42,073 bases of DNA from Microcoleaceae cyanobacterium (GTDB lineage Bacteria > Cyanobacteriota > Cyanobacteriia > Cyanobacteriales > Microcoleaceae), in the NCBI GenBank assembly GCA_051652765.1, contig JBOFUV010000003.1, forward strand, positions 1-42,073, given 5' to 3'. The position numbers were made by a program, and so were the translations under genes. The notes beneath the pieces are model-generated. The model was not told where the DNA came from, ran no database searches, and was given only the letters and a program-made list of their open reading frames with translations. Numbering within the stretch: position 1 is the first letter of the stretch; each line of letters opens with the position of its first letter. Below are positions 40,773 to 42,073 of the stretch, in pieces.

Positions 40773-42073
40773 ATGCGATCGCCTTTACCTTCCGTGCCTG
40801 TCAGTTCTGAGTTTGTTAGCCTTTGTCAAGCACAAATCTCTCTCGTTGCTAGCCTGGGAGCTTCTCTAAGTGTTGTTTATTTAGCAGAAGACTGGGTAGA
40901 GGGAGGGAATCGAAAGTTAATTCCTGTGGCAAGTTATCCTGAAACGGCAGAGGTTGCCTGGGAGAATTTGGCGCTAGCCCCTGCTAGCTCTAAAATTCAG
41001 CCCATCACCGATCAACTTCTGTTGCAGGGCGAGACAACACCTCCTAAGACATCCCTCACAGATTCTACGACGGTTGTAGAATCAGACAATTCGATACCTT
41101 GGGGTTGGGAGGCGCGGAACACACCGAACCCAGGAGATTTCATGGAGAGTGAACCGGTCTGGCAAACTCCCCCTCGTCGCGTTGTGTTGCCACTAGTGCA
41201 TGAAGGAGTTGTCATGGGATTTCTGGTGACGGGACGAACCGATCGAGACTGGAATCCCCAAGAAGAACATCAAATTCGAGCGATCGCCCATACTCTGACG
41301 ACTGCTTGTGTGTTAGATCGCAGGGCTAATTGGTTTCAAGCACAACTTCAACATCAGCATCATCTCTGGGCTCAGGAACACGATACTCTTCATACCGTCT
41401 TACACCAACTCAAGAGTCCGCTGACGGCCCTGAAGACCTTTGGAAAGCTGCTGATGAAGCGACTGTTACCACAAGACCGCAACTATTCCGTAGCTGAGGG
41501 AATTGTCCGAGAGAGCGATCGCCTCAAGGAACTGCTGCAATACGTAGATCAAACCTTAACTCTTGCTGAGACTCAGCCTAAGTTAACCATGTTTTCCCCT
41601 GATATGCCGCTGCTTCCGGAAACAACATTTCCAGGGGAGTGTCCTGTACAAGCAATTACCGTTGAGACGATTTTAGAGTCACTGATTGCTTCAGCCCAAG
41701 TCATTGCTGATGAGCGCCAACTGACGCTTTCAACTCTGATTCCCCAACCGTTGCCCCAAGTTCAGGCTGATGCCAAAGCATTGCGAGAAGTGATCAGTAA
41801 TATTTTGGACAATGCCTTGAAATACACCCCGACGGGAGGCAGGATTCATCTTCAGGTCAGAGGTGAAATCCCTAAAGCGTCATTCAGCAAAGATATTCTA
41901 GGATTGGGGATTGCGATCAGCGATTCAGGATTGGGCATTCCAGCAGAAGATTTAGACCATCTGTTTCAACGCGGGTATCGCGGGGCACAGGCAAAGGGAA
42001 ATATTCCTGGCACAGGCTTAGGACTGGCAATCACTCAGGATCTCATCCAGCAAATGGATGGAGATATTTGGAT
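40773..42073 (+). CDS. hik2: GAF-containing sensor histidine kinase, Hik2/CSK-like (3' end beyond the window)
   Basis: Manual translation MRSPLPSVPVSSEFVSLCQAQISL...LGASLSVVYL; HQLKSPLTALKTFGKLL H-box; DNALKYTP, DSGLGIP, GTGLGL boxes; no stop within the window, hence absent from the track. Confidence 0.85.
   Translation, partial: MRSPLPSVPVSSEFVSLCQAQISLVASLGASLSVVYLAEDWVEGGNRKLIPVASYPETAEVAWENLALAPASSKIQPITDQLLLQGETTPPKTSLTDSTTVVESDNSIPWGWEARNTPNPGDFMESEPVWQTPPRRVVLPLVHEGVVMGFLVTGRTDRDWNPQEEHQIRAIAHTLTTACVLDRRANWFQAQLQHQHHLWAQEHDTLHTVLHQLKSPLTALKTFGKLLMKRLLPQDRNYSVAEGIVRESDRLKELLQYVDQTLTLAETQPKLTMFSPDMPLLPETTFPGECPVQAITVETILESLIASAQVIADERQLTLSTLIPQPLPQVQADAKALREVISNILDNALKYTPTGGRIHLQVRGEIPKASFSKDILGLGIAISDSGLGIPAEDLDHLFQRGYRGAQAKGNIPGTGLGLAITQDLIQQMDGDIW

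Overview
Cyanobacterial chromosomal window, judged from at least 19 HIP1 GCGATCGC octamers counted by eye, psbU, pex, ccb1, a hik2-like kinase and hetZ/patU-like genes. The centre (8785-26811) is the cyanobacterial ribosomal-protein cluster rplC...secY-adk-infA-rpmJ-rpsM-rpsK-rpoA-rplQ-truA-rplM-rpsI-rpmE-prfA, behind a consensus sigma70 promoter and a ~460-nt structured leader. The left flank holds small conserved genes, tRNA-Gln(UUG), a histidine phosphatase, recQ, a MOSC protein, a probable 6S RNA and a peptidoglycan-binding protein. The right flank holds VKOR-thioredoxin, a CHASE2-PAS-GGDEF cyclase followed by a small secreted-looking peptide gene ending ...YDPGDPGRGGEGDTGSR, psbU, a triple-repeat exported protein, a transglutaminase-like protein lacking its catalytic Cys, patU-hetZ, pex, ccb1, DUF3155 and a partial Hik2-like kinase. 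The best candidate for an undescribed system is the CHASE2 cyclase plus secreted peptide module, a possible peptide-ligand/c-di-GMP circuit. Other oddities are acidic tails on several ribosomal proteins, an L3 insertion, a 44-aa membrane peptide absent from the ORF track, and many local tandem duplications. No CRISPR array, transposase or prophage was seen. All family assignments come from motif recognition, not database searches.
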